NCBI GenBank assembly: GCA_014896485.1
Contig: JADBKH010000007.1
Location: 83,963 to 147,962 of the forward strand
DNA: 64,000 nucleotides
Origin: Bacillota bacterium
GTDB lineage: Bacteria; Bacillota; Bacilli; Bu12
Direction of reading: 5' to 3'
A program made the translations under genes and the position numbers. Below, piece by piece: positions 8,939 through 18,661 of this stretch (within the stretch, counting starts at the first letter, position 1; each line of letters starts with the position of its first letter). The notes beneath the pieces are model-generated. The model had not been told where the DNA came from. It did not search any database and saw only the letters and a list, made by a program, of their open reading frames with translations.

Positions 8939-9820
8939 TTACGCGCGGGGATGTGTCTGATCGTAGCTATCGCGCAGTTGTTGGGGAAAAAGATGTGTGT
9001 AAATCTCGGTTGTCGCTAGGTCGGCATGCCCCAAGAGCAGTTGGACATCACGCAGGCTAGCTCCGCCGGCAAGCAGATGGGTCGCGAAGCTATGGCGGAG
9101 CATGTGTGTGGTCACCTCTGGGGGCAAGTTCGCCTGACGTCCATAGCGCTTGACGAGTGACCACACGGCTTGGCGTGACAAAGGAGTCCCCCGTTGTGAG
9201 AGAAAGAGTGCTTCTCTGGAAGACGGGCCGGACCAAAGGGGACGTACATCTTTGATATACGATGTAACCCATTCTATGACCACAGAGGGCAATGGCACGT
9301 AGCGCTCCTTAGACCCTTTTCCGAAGCAGCGTACCTGTCGAGTTGTCAACGAGACATCCGCTACGGTCAACGTACACACTTCCGAAGCGCGCAATCCTGC
9401 TCCATACAGCATTCCCAAAAGTGCCTGATCCCGCTTTCCTGCCGCTGTAGTGGTTGTTGGTTGGGAAAGGAGACGCATTACCTGCTCGACACTGAGTACA
9501 ACGGGTAACCGCCGCTGCTTTTTGGGGGTGGCCAAATAGGCGGCAGGATCCTCTTGGAGGAACCCTTCTTCATGTAGCCACTCACACCATCCACGTACGG
9601 CCGTCATTTTGCGCGCTGCCGTGGCAGGGTGCGCGCCGCATTCGTGGATCTGCTCAAAGAACCGCTGAATCGTTTCCCGGTCGATCCCTGAGAGATCCTC
9701 GACGTCTCTTTTCTGCAAAAAAGCAGCGAATTGGCGTAGATCGCTTTGATAGGCAGCCAAGGTGCTAGGGGCAAGCCCTCGCTCGACAGACAGCAGATCG
9801 AGATAATGTTGTATTGACAC
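8939..9820 (-). CDS. xerD: Tyrosine recombinase XerD/RipX (chromosome dimer resolution)
   Basis: HYLDLLSVERGLA...RHSFATHLL...LLGHADLATTEIYTHL carries the catalytic R-H-R-Y residues. The position matches B. subtilis ripX. A GTG at 9820 is the likely start. The ORF extends to 9964. Confidence 0.8.
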   Translation of the reverse strand: MSIQHYLDLLSVERGLAPSTLAAYQSDLRQFAAFLQKRDVEDLSGIDRETIQRFFEQIHECGAHPATAARKMTAVRGWCEWLHEEGFLQEDPAAYLATPKKQRRLPVVLSVEQVMRLLSQPTTTTAAGKRDQALLGMLYGAGLRASEVCTLTVADVSLTTRQVRCFGKGSKERYVPLPSVVIEWVTSYIKDVRPLWSGPSSREALFLSQRGTPLSRQAVWSLVKRYGRQANLPPEVTTHMLRHSFATHLLAGGASLRDVQLLLGHADLATTEIYTHLFPQQLRDSYDQTHPRA

Positions 9821-9845
9821 TTGAATTTCTACAGCGGACCCCGAT

Positions 9846-10730
9846 TTATTCGAAGGAATGGGAGATCCTCCTTCTTTGGGCAAAAGTAACAAAAGAGGTA
9901 TAACCCGCTTCACGTGCAAGCTTTTGGGCGGTTTCAAGTGCCCTCCCGATATCGTTGGGCTCATGTGCGTCGCTTACTGTTGTGATGGGGACACCTGACT
10001 GCGCAAAGCTGCGTAATAACGCTGGTTCTGGACAGGCTCGGCCAATGGGGTAACGGTAGATCAATCCTGTATTTACTTCGGTAGCAACATCACACTCTGC
10101 AAAGGTATCCGCAACCTGATGATAGAGTGCCAATGGTTCTTGGGTGGGACGATGTCCGTACGCCTTCAAGGAGTCCGGATGCGCAATGACGTCGAAAAGT
10201 CCACTTCTGGCTGCTTCTTGCAGCAACGCGAAGTAACGTCGGTAAGTCACATCGATCTCACGATGCTTCCATTCGGGTAAGTTAAAGCGAAAGTCAAATC
10301 CCCACCCGTCGATCCAATGAACAGAGCCGACGAGATAATCCCACGGATAGCTGGCCAGGAGTTTTTTGGCCAGTGCAACGGTTTCGGGGAAGAAACAGAC
10401 TTCCAGACCGAGGGCAATCGGCCACCCTTCTCCTTTCAGACGTAAGACGAGCTCGATATAGCGCTCGACGTCCTCGTGAAAATGAGCCTGGTACCAAGCC
10501 CGCTGTCGTTCCCCCAAAAGGGTTTCGTCACGCAAAACGGGTTCATAAAGGGGTTGGAACTGTCGGAAATGATGTGTATGTTCGGTGACTCCAAAAAATT
10601 GGATACCCGATTGTAGGCCTCTCTCTAGAAAACGAAGTGCGTATTCTCGATCGATGCGACCCCTTTCCAAGTGCCAATGCAGATCTGCGTACACGTTTCT
10701 CCCCCTCGTGCTTTTCCTTGTGTGGCTCAT
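9846..10730 (-). CDS. PHP-domain phosphoesterase (HisJ histidinol-phosphatase family)
   Basis: YADLHWHLE is the D-x-H-x-H motif, followed by GVTEHTHH. Start at the internal Met (MSHTRK...). Confidence 0.6.
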   Translation of the reverse strand: MSHTRKSTRGRNVYADLHWHLERGRIDREYALRFLERGLQSGIQFFGVTEHTHHFRQFQPLYEPVLRDETLLGERQRAWYQAHFHEDVERYIELVLRLKGEGWPIALGLEVCFFPETVALAKKLLASYPWDYLVGSVHWIDGWGFDFRFNLPEWKHREIDVTYRRYFALLQEAARSGLFDVIAHPDSLKAYGHRPTQEPLALYHQVADTFAECDVATEVNTGLIYRYPIGRACPEPALLRSFAQSGVPITTVSDAHEPNDIGRALETAQKLAREAGYTSFVTFAQRRRISHSFE

Positions 10731-10761
10731 CGCCCAAGGATGCACCTTCCTGCCGGAGACA

Positions 10762-11355
10762 CTACTTTGGCTGAAAGAAAGCAGCTGGATCACTGCGCAT
10801 ACGCTGGAACCAAAGCAACCCGACAAGCGTTTTTGCATCAAAAATGTCTCGCTCTAAAAGCTCCGGTGTGACCTCTTGCGGTTGGACGAGGATGACATCG
10901 ATTTGCTCATCTTCTTCTGGATGGGCACGGCCGAGGTGAGCTGGCGTAGCGAGAAAGAGGGAGATGGATTCGCTGGAAATGCCAGGAGAGGTGGCAAAAG
11001 AAGTGAGCAAACGCCATGAATCGGCGACGAATCCGGTCTCTTCCTCTAACTCACGTTTTGCAGCAACCAAAGGAGTTTCACCTGGCTCCACCTTTCCGGC
11101 AGGAAGCTCGAGCAGGTAGCGATCGACGGGATAGCGGTACTGTCGTTCGAGCACCAGTTCTCCACTCTCCGTCAATGCCAAAACCGCAGCAGCACCAGGG
11201 TGATAGACGACTTCACGTTTGGCAACTGTCCCATTGGAAAGGAGGACGCGATCATCACAGACGGTGATGATGCGCCCCTGGTAGGCTTGAGTACGATCGA
11301 GCTGTTTTTCTGTAGGTAGATCTTTTAAGTGCGCCAGCGCCTCACTGAGATTCAT
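10762..11355 (-). CDS. nudF: ADP-ribose pyrophosphatase (Nudix hydrolase)
   Basis: Nudix box GKVEPGETPLVAAKRELEEETG. Its ATG overlaps the upstream TGA as ATGA. Confidence 0.8.
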   Translation of the reverse strand: MNLSEALAHLKDLPTEKQLDRTQAYQGRIITVCDDRVLLSNGTVAKREVVYHPGAAAVLALTESGELVLERQYRYPVDRYLLELPAGKVEPGETPLVAAKRELEEETGFVADSWRLLTSFATSPGISSESISLFLATPAHLGRAHPEEDEQIDVILVQPQEVTPELLERDIFDAKTLVGLLWFQRMRSDPAAFFQPK

Positions 11356-12476
11356 TGCAGCGCTCCTCTGCTATTTTGCCAGCTTCCAAATGATTGCCAG
11401 TGTACCCCGCCTGGATGCGGATGGGCAGTCTGTACCAGCTGACCCGCAAAAAAACCGCTGGCTGCAGCTGCGTCAAAAAAAATAGGATCTTCCTCTGATC
11501 GTCGCCCCATGGTTCGCCACGGAACATTGGCTGGGTAGTTGGGTACGGGTGTCTCTTCGACGACGAAAACGCTGGAAGAAAGGGCTATTTCCAACTGATG
11601 CGCGATCAATGTTCGCTTTTGCGGATTCACTGTTGGCAGCGGCAGCCAACATGGGGCCAACAAAACCGATAAAAGCGTACGCGTGTGATGGGAGAGTCCG
11701 TAATGTCTTTCGCGGTGCTCTGCAAAAGAGATTCGTGGTGTCATGACCCCTACTCCACCCAACGCAGCGGTTGCATGGATAGTCGTGGCCACTTCCATAC
11801 CAGAAAAGCCAAAGGGCGTATTTGTGCCGACAATACCTGGACCCATCGCAACGATGGCCAGATCGGCGTGCAGCACATTACGCGCTGCCAGCAGCGCACT
11901 GTAAATGTTGACAGCCTCCAAATCGCCGCCGAATGCTTGGCCCACGGTGATCGACCCTAAGAGACGACCTTCTTGACGCATGCGTCTGATCGTCTGCGAA
12001 AATGCGATTGGTAAAGAACCTCCCTCGGTCATGATATAGGCGATGCGATGAATTCCTGCGGCGATGGCACCATACGCAATCGGCTCAACTTGGCTATGTA
12101 GTTCGGCAGCAACAACCACGAGATGATCCAAGTTTCTTGCTTGCTGCATTGAGGCATGATAAGGACTTTCAGGTGCTTCGACGCTATTGACGCCAAACTG
12201 AAGGGGCGTATACCGAAGCTTCATAATATGTCCTGATGCCAACGCTGAAGCTTCTGGCTGGCTCCTTCCTGCTACGAAATACACACCACCTGTGCCAAGT
12301 CGCCGTTCCACAGCCTCACTGTTGAGCCAGAGCGATTCGCCCGCCTTGCATCTGCCAAAAAAACGTACTTCATTGATGGCTGTCGCTTCTCTTCCGTCTC
12401 CCAGGCGTACGATCAGGATTTGTATCTGCTCATCTTCCTGACGGATCCCTTCGACACTCGCCTCTACCAGACGCAT
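11352..12476 (-). CDS. Hypothetical protein, probable YqxK-like (DUF3866) partner of nudF
   Basis: 374-aa soluble protein with no recognisable catalytic motif. Family assignment is inferred from the conserved yqxK-nudF pairing and from memory of DUF3866, so it is weak. Confidence 0.35.
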   Translation of the reverse strand: MRLVEASVEGIRQEDEQIQILIVRLGDGREATAINEVRFFGRCKAGESLWLNSEAVERRLGTGGVYFVAGRSQPEASALASGHIMKLRYTPLQFGVNSVEAPESPYHASMQQARNLDHLVVVAAELHSQVEPIAYGAIAAGIHRIAYIMTEGGSLPIAFSQTIRRMRQEGRLLGSITVGQAFGGDLEAVNIYSALLAARNVLHADLAIVAMGPGIVGTNTPFGFSGMEVATTIHATAALGGVGVMTPRISFAEHRERHYGLSHHTRTLLSVLLAPCWLPLPTVNPQKRTLIAHQLEIALSSSVFVVEETPVPNYPANVPWRTMGRRSEEDPIFFDAAAASGFFAGQLVQTAHPHPGGVHWQSFGSWQNSRGALQ

Positions 12477-12488
12477 CGGATGCGACCA

Positions 12489-12659
12489 CTACAACGATTT
12501 GGAAGCGCCAAAACCGAGTACACCACCGACGACTGCCAGCAACAAGGGGAGCCACACCCCTCCCATTTTGACGCTGGCCGTAAAGACAGCGAGAGCAAAG
12601 ATGACGACACAGGCGATCAAAAGCAGTGTTGCCAAAACGAGACGATCTAAATGCGCCAT
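12489..12659 (-). CDS. Small two-helix membrane protein
   Basis: MAHLDRLVLATLLLIACVVIFALAVFTASVKMGGVWLPLLLAVVGGVLGFGASKSL. RBS GGAGGTG lies 5 nt before the ATG at 12659. Confidence 0.4.
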   Translation of the reverse strand: MAHLDRLVLATLLLIACVVIFALAVFTASVKMGGVWLPLLLAVVGGVLGFGASKSL

Positions 12660-12709
12660 TGAGACACCTCCGCGGCCTTGTATTTCTATCATACCTGTCG
12701 GCAAACAGA

Positions 12710-13573
12710 TCACAAGTCACTATCGGTCCCCCATCGGTCGAATCGCCGGAGCAACGCATGACGATCGATCCAGGCACTCAGTGAATGACTGCTTGTCCAG
12801 TAGTGGAAAAAAACCAGCAAGATCAGTAAAACACCTTTTCCCCAAAGTGGCAAAGCGAGGACGGCCCACAAACCAAAGGCGGCGCCGAGCAAATTGGCAC
12901 CTGAATCGCCCAGCATGGCCCTTTTGCGCAAGTCCATGGGGAAAAAGGAAAGACTAGCGCCGACGAACGGTAGGATGGTCACAGCTCCCTTTCCTTCCAT
13001 GAGGATAAGCCCGATCAACGAAGAGAAATAGAAACCCTTCAGCGCTCTCCCTGGCCGCAGGTCCAGCAAATTGATGGCATTGGCAGATAAAGCAATGAGA
13101 AGAGCATCCAGGAGAGCGAGTGTCCAGGAAGAATGGAGAGAAAATCCCATCGTCAATGCAAGTGCAAATCCTCCTGCAGCCTTGATGCCTCCCGTTGTCC
13201 ACTGCCTGTGCCAGAGGGCGGACAGATGGGCACGAAAGCCCCGCGTTCGATGATCGCCAGCTGCATCGTCTAACAGGCCCAAAAGTGTAAAGCCGGATGA
13301 AAGGGCGATGACCCAAGGGTCCCAGGGGAGCCATTTTGGCCAAGTCATTGTGGGGAACAGGGATTGTAGAAAAGGTTGTAAGACAGAACCCAATGCAGAG
13401 GTTGCCAAAATGGCTCCCCAACAGAGAAGCCCTCCTGCTGTTGGAAGTCGTTTTCCCGTATAGTTGCTGGCGACCAAAGGCGTATCAGAGAGCATCTCCA
13501 CGAGTGGCTTGCTCAACCAAAAGGCGATACCTCCACTGATGAGCGTTATCAATCCGACCGCCAGCCAGTTCAT
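12710..13573 (-). CDS. MraY/WecA-family (GT4) polyprenyl-phosphate sugar-1-phosphate transferase
   Basis: GLLDDAAG and NAINLLDLRPG resemble the DD and NAxNxxDGxDG motifs of family-4 transferases. About 8 TM segments. Confidence 0.6.
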   Translation of the reverse strand: MNWLAVGLITLISGGIAFWLSKPLVEMLSDTPLVASNYTGKRLPTAGGLLCWGAILATSALGSVLQPFLQSLFPTMTWPKWLPWDPWVIALSSGFTLLGLLDDAAGDHRTRGFRAHLSALWHRQWTTGGIKAAGGFALALTMGFSLHSSWTLALLDALLIALSANAINLLDLRPGRALKGFYFSSLIGLILMEGKGAVTILPFVGASLSFFPMDLRKRAMLGDSGANLLGAAFGLWAVLALPLWGKGVLLILLVFFHYWTSSHSLSAWIDRHALLRRFDRWGTDSDL

Positions 13574-14290
13574 CTACGCTTCTTGCCTCGGCTGAGGAGG
13601 AAAATGCTTTTGAAGATAACCCCGTTCCCAAGAGGCGTGAACAACGTCCCAAAGCTGCTTTCCGCGATGAAGAAACGCGCCAGGAGAGCGTCCTGTTTCG
13701 CGATGTCCAAAGTCCGTCGGAATTTCACAGAGGCGCAGACCGAGGCGGAGCGCCTCTATCGTCATCACAACTTCGACAGCGTAGCCATCGGCAAATGGAG
13801 CCAACTGGCGAGCTGCAGCTGCGGTGAGAGCCCGTTGTCCAGAAAGAGGTTGATGGACGGCAACGCCAGTTGCATGTCGCACGATTTTCTTTGCCGTCCA
13901 CTTGACCAAACCAAAACCGCCCTTCCTGTGCGCAGGGGGCAAGATGCCGATCACCAGATCTGCGTGTCCGTCAAGCAGCGGCTGGAGGAGCACAGCAGCG
14001 TGACGAGCAGATCCTTCCAAATCGGCATCGAGAAAAAGGTAGAGATCGACATCGGGAACTTGCTCTACCGCAAGGGTTAAGGCGGCACCTTTTCCTCTCT
14101 GTCGACCGGTTGAGAGAAGGTGCACGCTTGACGCTTTCGCTACTTCCTGCGTGGTGTCTGTGGAACCGTCATCAACGACGATGATCCTGGGATGAAAGGG
14201 AAGTTCAGCCACCGTCTCTATTGTCTGTCGAAGTGTTAAAGCTTCGTTGTGTGCTGGAATGATGGCGGCAATACGAGGAAAGGTCGTCAT
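13574..14290 (-). CDS. GT2 glycosyltransferase (polyprenol-phosphate mannose/glucose synthase-like)
   Basis: IPAHNEALTL...VVDDGSTD...FLDADL is the GT-A DXD architecture. Confidence 0.7.
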   Translation of the reverse strand: MTTFPRIAAIIPAHNEALTLRQTIETVAELPFHPRIIVVDDGSTDTTQEVAKASSVHLLSTGRQRGKGAALTLAVEQVPDVDLYLFLDADLEGSARHAAVLLQPLLDGHADLVIGILPPAHRKGGFGLVKWTAKKIVRHATGVAVHQPLSGQRALTAAAARQLAPFADGYAVEVVMTIEALRLGLRLCEIPTDFGHRETGRSPGAFLHRGKQLWDVVHASWERGYLQKHFPPQPRQEA

Positions 14291-15273
14291 TGGCCTGCGC
14301 CCCCTGAGGATGGTTCAGTTTGGCGAGTAGGAGCATTTTGGGTAGAGGGGTGCGGCAGACGGGATGCCTCCGGAGCGAGCAACGTGGCGATATTGGGGGG
14401 TATCAAACGTTCCGCAGTGGGCTTTTCCCCAAAATTGCCTGTTGCGCCGAGCAAAGCAGCGACCAACGATAACTGCCCGATCGGTTGATCGACATTGTCG
14501 ACCGAGGTGACGTGGCTGGTCTGAAAGACAGGAAAGCTAGAAACTGTAACCCGCAAATTTTCTACACCTACGACATAGGTACCATCGTCTTTGAGCCGCA
14601 TCAACGCGGTTCGGTCGACAGTCGTTTGATCTGCCGTCTCGGGTTGGTTGGCACCTCCTATGACGATGACTGCATCGACCTTGGAACGAGTTTTGATCTG
14701 TTCTTCCCTGCGGACGGTGAGCAATCCGTCACTGCTTAAGGTGTTGAGTAACCAACCATTGGGTGAATTGGGATCATACAGTGCGTCGACAACGGCATTG
14801 GTTAATGTCGTGTAAAAAGTCGAATTGGACGTCGTTGCTGGTAACCCCAACAGCTGTTCCATCTGCGACACTTTGTCCAGATTGACATATTGTAGCCTTC
14901 CGACAAGATCGGCCTGCCATGCGACCTGGGCCCCTGCAAGTGTCAGCGTCCGTTGCACCTGATCGGGGGCCCCCCCATAGAGATTGAGGATGCCAACCTG
15001 CATTCCATCCAATTGTCCGCTGATTACAGTCGGCAAGATCGCTTCGACAGCAGCTTGGTAGTTGGAGAGCTGCAGCTGAGTCTGTGTTAATTGCTGTGCT
15101 GTGGTCTGCATGTTTTGTGTCAACTCGCCGATTTTTGCATCGGCACGTTGAACGGTTTGAATCTGTTCCCGGTTGATCACGTCTTGTCCGATCGATGCTC
15201 CCAGCAAAATTCCCAAAGCAAGTGCCAAGAAAACAGCAACCAAGGTCGCAATATGGTACCGAAAATCACTCAC
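14287..15273 (-). CDS. SteB-like membrane protein (DUF3186 / MctB copper-transporter family)
   Basis: N-terminus MSDFRYHIATLVAVFLALALGILLG is the family signature, followed by coiled-coil and C-terminal domains. ATGA overlap with the GT2 gene. Confidence 0.65.
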   Translation of the reverse strand: MSDFRYHIATLVAVFLALALGILLGASIGQDVINREQIQTVQRADAKIGELTQNMQTTAQQLTQTQLQLSNYQAAVEAILPTVISGQLDGMQVGILNLYGGAPDQVQRTLTLAGAQVAWQADLVGRLQYVNLDKVSQMEQLLGLPATTSNSTFYTTLTNAVVDALYDPNSPNGWLLNTLSSDGLLTVRREEQIKTRSKVDAVIVIGGANQPETADQTTVDRTALMRLKDDGTYVVGVENLRVTVSSFPVFQTSHVTSVDNVDQPIGQLSLVAALLGATGNFGEKPTAERLIPPNIATLLAPEASRLPHPSTQNAPTRQTEPSSGGAGQ

Positions 15274-15289
15274 GCACGCAAAAGCCCTT

Positions 15290-16429
15290 TCATGTAAGCA
15301 GCAGCTTCACATTGTAGTAGAGCAGGCGCAATACATTTTGCGCGGTTGGACTCAACAGTGCGAAAAGAACGGCTGGGACCAGCGCTGCCACCAAGACAAG
15401 GGCGACTGGTCCAAACGAGACATGACCATGATAAAGCTGTGAAACGCCCTTTGCATCTACCAGTCGATCCCCGATCTTCATTCGCGTCAAAAGGGTACTG
15501 GCCATCCCCTTTCGGCCCTTTTGCAGAAAATCTGTCATGGTGGAATGGGAACCTACGGCAACCAAGAGGCTGCAATCCGACTCATAGAGCATCAGCAGGG
15601 CAACGTCTTCACTTGTTCCAGGTGCTGCAATCACATGGGCCTCAAGGCCCATCGCTTGAATCCGTTGAAGCCCTGGCGCATTTCCATCGAGGTATGCATG
15701 GACGACCAATTCGGCACCACTGGTCAATGCGCGATCGCTAACCGAATCCATGTCTCCGACGATGATGTCGGGGCGCATGCCCATGCGCAGCAGTGCGTCG
15801 GCTCCTCCATCTACACCGACCAGTACGGGATGATGATCGCGTATGTAAGGTGCGATGGCCCGTAAATCCTGTTGGTAATGTGCCCCTCGCACCACGACAA
15901 CTGCTGGCCGATGTGCCACAGGTGTTCGTAAGTTTGGCCCAGGAAAAGGGTGCAAGAAGAAGTCTTTTTCCTTGCGGACATATGCGATCGTGTTCTCCAG
16001 GAAGTCATCGAGTGCCTCCGGCAATGCCTGACGCGCTGCCGCCAGTGCTTCCTCGACTTCTTCTATAGAAATTTGGTGGGCAGAAGAGAGGAAGACACGA
16101 TTGCAGTAAAAGGCTCCACCGATGATTTCGACCCAGTCGCCCTCTTCTACTGCATCAAAGACGGTATGCGGCACATCAAACAGCGGAATACCTGCCTCTA
16201 GAAGAATGGCGGGCCCTGCATTTGGGTATGCCTTTGTAATACTGATGGCGGCATTGATCACAGCTTTTGGATGTACCTCCACCAAAGCGTGAGCCGCTAT
16301 CTCATCCAGTGCGTCATGCTGCAGCAATGCGATGTCGCTACTTGCCAGCCGAGGAATGAGGTGCTTGGTTTTGACGTCTTTTTTGACGCGGCCACATACG
16401 GTAGGACGTGTCGCTTGGTCTGCAGCCAT
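15290..16429 (-). CDS. steA: SteA-like putative cytokinetic protein (thiamine pyrophosphokinase-like fold)
   Basis: GRVKKDVKTKHLIPRL...VINAAISITKAYPNAGPAILLEAGIPLFD matches the SteA N-terminal region. It starts 10 nt after the spo0A stop. Confidence 0.65.
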   Translation of the reverse strand: MAADQATRPTVCGRVKKDVKTKHLIPRLASSDIALLQHDALDEIAAHALVEVHPKAVINAAISITKAYPNAGPAILLEAGIPLFDVPHTVFDAVEEGDWVEIIGGAFYCNRVFLSSAHQISIEEVEEALAAARQALPEALDDFLENTIAYVRKEKDFFLHPFPGPNLRTPVAHRPAVVVVRGAHYQQDLRAIAPYIRDHHPVLVGVDGGADALLRMGMRPDIIVGDMDSVSDRALTSGAELVVHAYLDGNAPGLQRIQAMGLEAHVIAAPGTSEDVALLMLYESDCSLLVAVGSHSTMTDFLQKGRKGMASTLLTRMKIGDRLVDAKGVSQLYHGHVSFGPVALVLVAALVPAVLFALLSPTAQNVLRLLYYNVKLLLT

Positions 16430-16439
16430 GCTGTCTCCC

Positions 16440-17273
16440 CTACCTTCGCCCTGCGGCACTCTCCGTTTCACTCAATGCGTCATTGAGTTGCAAATAATCG
16501 GCGACCATTGCGATAAACTCAGAATTGGTTGGTTTATCTCGCTCTGCATCGACTGTATACCCAAACATTTTACGAATGGTTTCGGCATTGCCACGTCCCC
16601 AAGCGACTTCGATAGCATGCCGAATCGCACGCTCGACACGACTGGGGGTTGTTTCAAACTGTGCCGCGATGGTCGGGTATAAAACTTTTGTGACAGCCCC
16701 CAATACTTCTCTATCCTTATAGACCATTAAGATGGCTTCCCGCAAGTATTGATACCCTTTGATATGCGCAGGTACTCCCAGATCGTGGATGAGCGTAGAA
16801 ATATCACTTTCTAGTCGGGCCCGCTGGTTGACGGAAGTCGGAGCCGGAGTCACGGCCAATGCACGCTTTTCCCGATTGAGTGCTCCTGGGGATGCAATAC
16901 AAATCTCGCGCAATCGCTGCGCCAACACTTCCAAAGGGAAAGGCTTCATAATGTAATATTGTGCGCCGAGCTCAACGGCGCGTTGGGTAATCTGTTCTTG
17001 TCCAAATGCAGAAAGCATGATGACATGGGGAACAGGATTTAATTGCATCGATTGGAAGCGTTCCAAAACGCCAATACCGTCTAAATGAGGCATGATGATA
17101 TCCAGCAGCAAAACGTCGCATGCAGCGTGGGAGAGCAAGGCAATGGCCTGTTCGCCGTCACTAGCCGTTCCAACAATTTCAAAATCTCCTTGTTGCTGCA
17201 AAAATGCGGCCAGTTGATCTGTGAACTCGCGGTTGTCATCTGCGACAATCACCCGAACTTTCTCGTTGGACAC
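16440..17273 (-). CDS. spo0A: Sporulation master regulator Spo0A
   Basis: Receiver domain VADDN...[12 protein letters not shown] plus the Spo0A C-terminal domain [10 protein letters not shown]...EFIAMVAD. Confidence 0.95.
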   Translation of the reverse strand: MSNEKVRVIVADDNREFTDQLAAFLQQQGDFEIVGTASDGEQAIALLSHAACDVLLLDIIMPHLDGIGVLERFQSMQLNPVPHVIMLSAFGQEQITQRAVELGAQYYIMKPFPLEVLAQRLREICIASPGALNREKRALAVTPAPTSVNQRARLESDISTLIHDLGVPAHIKGYQYLREAILMVYKDREVLGAVTKVLYPTIAAQFETTPSRVERAIRHAIEVAWGRGNAETIRKMFGYTVDAERDKPTNSEFIAMVADYLQLNDALSETESAAGRR

Positions 17274-17383
17274 GTTTGCTCCTCCTTCGATCCACTTCCA
17301 TAAGACCAGTTAAGGGATCAACCTGGATGATGAGGGGATCGACAGTTGCTTGAAAACTGGTCCAATCGTCAAACGCCAAGGTG

Positions 17384-17415
17384 CCAAAAAGAGGCAGGCC
17401 GTTAGGCCGCCTTCT
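17384..17415 (-). terminator. Probable intrinsic terminator at the spoIVB 3' end
   Basis: Imperfect GC hairpin AGGCGGCC-TAAC-GGCCTGCCT followed by CTTTTTGG on the minus strand. The stop codon lies within the stem. Confidence 0.4.
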
Positions 17416-18565
17416 CTTCTTCACGCACTTGTTCGTACATCCACTGTGCTAAAACGCCATACCCTCGTGTCGGATCATTGACAAAGACATGGGTAACTGC
17501 TCCGGCCAGACGCCCATCCTGTAAGATGGGGGAACCGCTCATACCTTGTACGATACCGCCACTGGTATGCAGAAGTTTTGGATCTGTCACACGCAGTGCC
17601 AAGCCTTTGGGTGCTGGCGTGCGTTGATTCATCACGCTGATGATCTCTACCTGAAAATCTTCAATCTTCTCTCCTCGAACGACGGTGCGCAAGGTTGCAG
17701 GACCTGGATGTACCTGTGCCGGTGTAGCGATTGGAACCATGCGATGCCAATCCAAAGAAGTATCATCCGTGATTTTCCCGAAAATGCCAAACTCGGTATT
17801 CCCTGTGACAGTTCCAATTTGTGGACTTTTTGCAAGGAATTCGCCTTGTTTTTCACCGGGTTGGCCACGTTCTCCTTTTTCAAGAGCAACGATTTTAGCT
17901 GCAACGATTTTTCCACTTCCTATCGGGACAGGTTGTCCAGTTTGGGGATCGGAGACCTGGTGGCCCAACGCTGCAAATCGGTGAGTACTCGGATCGATGA
18001 AGGTAAGTGTTCCAACGCCGACAGCCGCATCCTTGAGCCACAGACCGAGTTGATAATGTTGTCCATTGGCTTCTTTGACCGGTGCGATCTGCACGTCCAA
18101 TTTCCGATCGCCGCGCTCCACTCGAAGATGCAAAGGCTTATTGGCAACCCCAGCCTGTTGCACAAGCTTCTCGAGGGAGACAGGATCGATGGCTTTACCA
18201 TCTCTGGCGAAAAGGAGATCGCCGACATGGATTCCAGCGGCTTCCGCTGGAGAGTATGTCCTTTCAGCAGTATGGATGGGATGAAAGCCTACTACCAGCA
18301 AGCCAGGTGTTTTCAGCGTCACCCCGATCGATTCCCCACTGACAATCACATTTGCCGAAGCTGCCATGGCGCGTGCGGCCGTCAGGGAGATCGCTGGCCG
18401 ACCTGCTGTCGTGACTGATTTGCTTGCAGGAGAAGCGCTCCCCATCTCTGAGGTACTCTCTGCCACCCCCATCGTCCACAGAACTGCCAAAAGGATCAAC
18501 GCGCATTTCCGTATCGCTTTTCCCTTCGAATTGCCCTCTCCTAAACCGTTTCTGCCGCTGTGCAC
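17402..18565 (-). CDS. spoIVB: SpoIVB signalling serine peptidase (S55)
   Basis: A PDZ-like region (IHVGDLLFARDG) precedes the catalytic region GGIVQGMSGSPI. It sits between recN and spo0A as in Bacilli and Clostridia. Confidence 0.85.
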   Translation of the reverse strand: MHSGRNGLGEGNSKGKAIRKCALILLAVLWTMGVAESTSEMGSASPASKSVTTAGRPAISLTAARAMAASANVIVSGESIGVTLKTPGLLVVGFHPIHTAERTYSPAEAAGIHVGDLLFARDGKAIDPVSLEKLVQQAGVANKPLHLRVERGDRKLDVQIAPVKEANGQHYQLGLWLKDAAVGVGTLTFIDPSTHRFAALGHQVSDPQTGQPVPIGSGKIVAAKIVALEKGERGQPGEKQGEFLAKSPQIGTVTGNTEFGIFGKITDDTSLDWHRMVPIATPAQVHPGPATLRTVVRGEKIEDFQVEIISVMNQRTPAPKGLALRVTDPKLLHTSGGIVQGMSGSPILQDGRLAGAVTHVFVNDPTRGYGVLAQWMYEQVREEEKAA

Positions 18566-18661
18566 CTTCTCACTCCCGAACGGCTACCCATCCACCCGTC
18601 CGTTAACGTCTCCGAGGAGGGAACGGTGCATCCGGTCAAGAGGTTCCACGCCAGGGGCAGG

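Noticed and set aside
8939-9820. Tyrosine recombinase as a sign of a mobile element or prophage
   Set aside because: The sequence has XerD/RipX-type C-terminal motifs and sits in the B. subtilis ripX position between dacF and nudF-side genes. No att-like repeats, phage genes or GC shift are nearby.
17275-17383. Spo0A boxes upstream of spo0A
   Set aside because: Only a single near-match (TGTCGAT against TGTCGAA) is visible. That is insufficient.
17546-18418. 290-aa plus-strand ORF
   Set aside because: Antisense to spoIVB, with low-complexity Cys/Arg-rich composition and no RBS. Same reasoning for the plus-strand ORFs 23422..23970 and 23648..24286 antisense to dxs, 25064..25573 and 25443..25964 antisense to ispA, 50371..51432 antisense to galE, and 58177..58995 antisense to the PBP.
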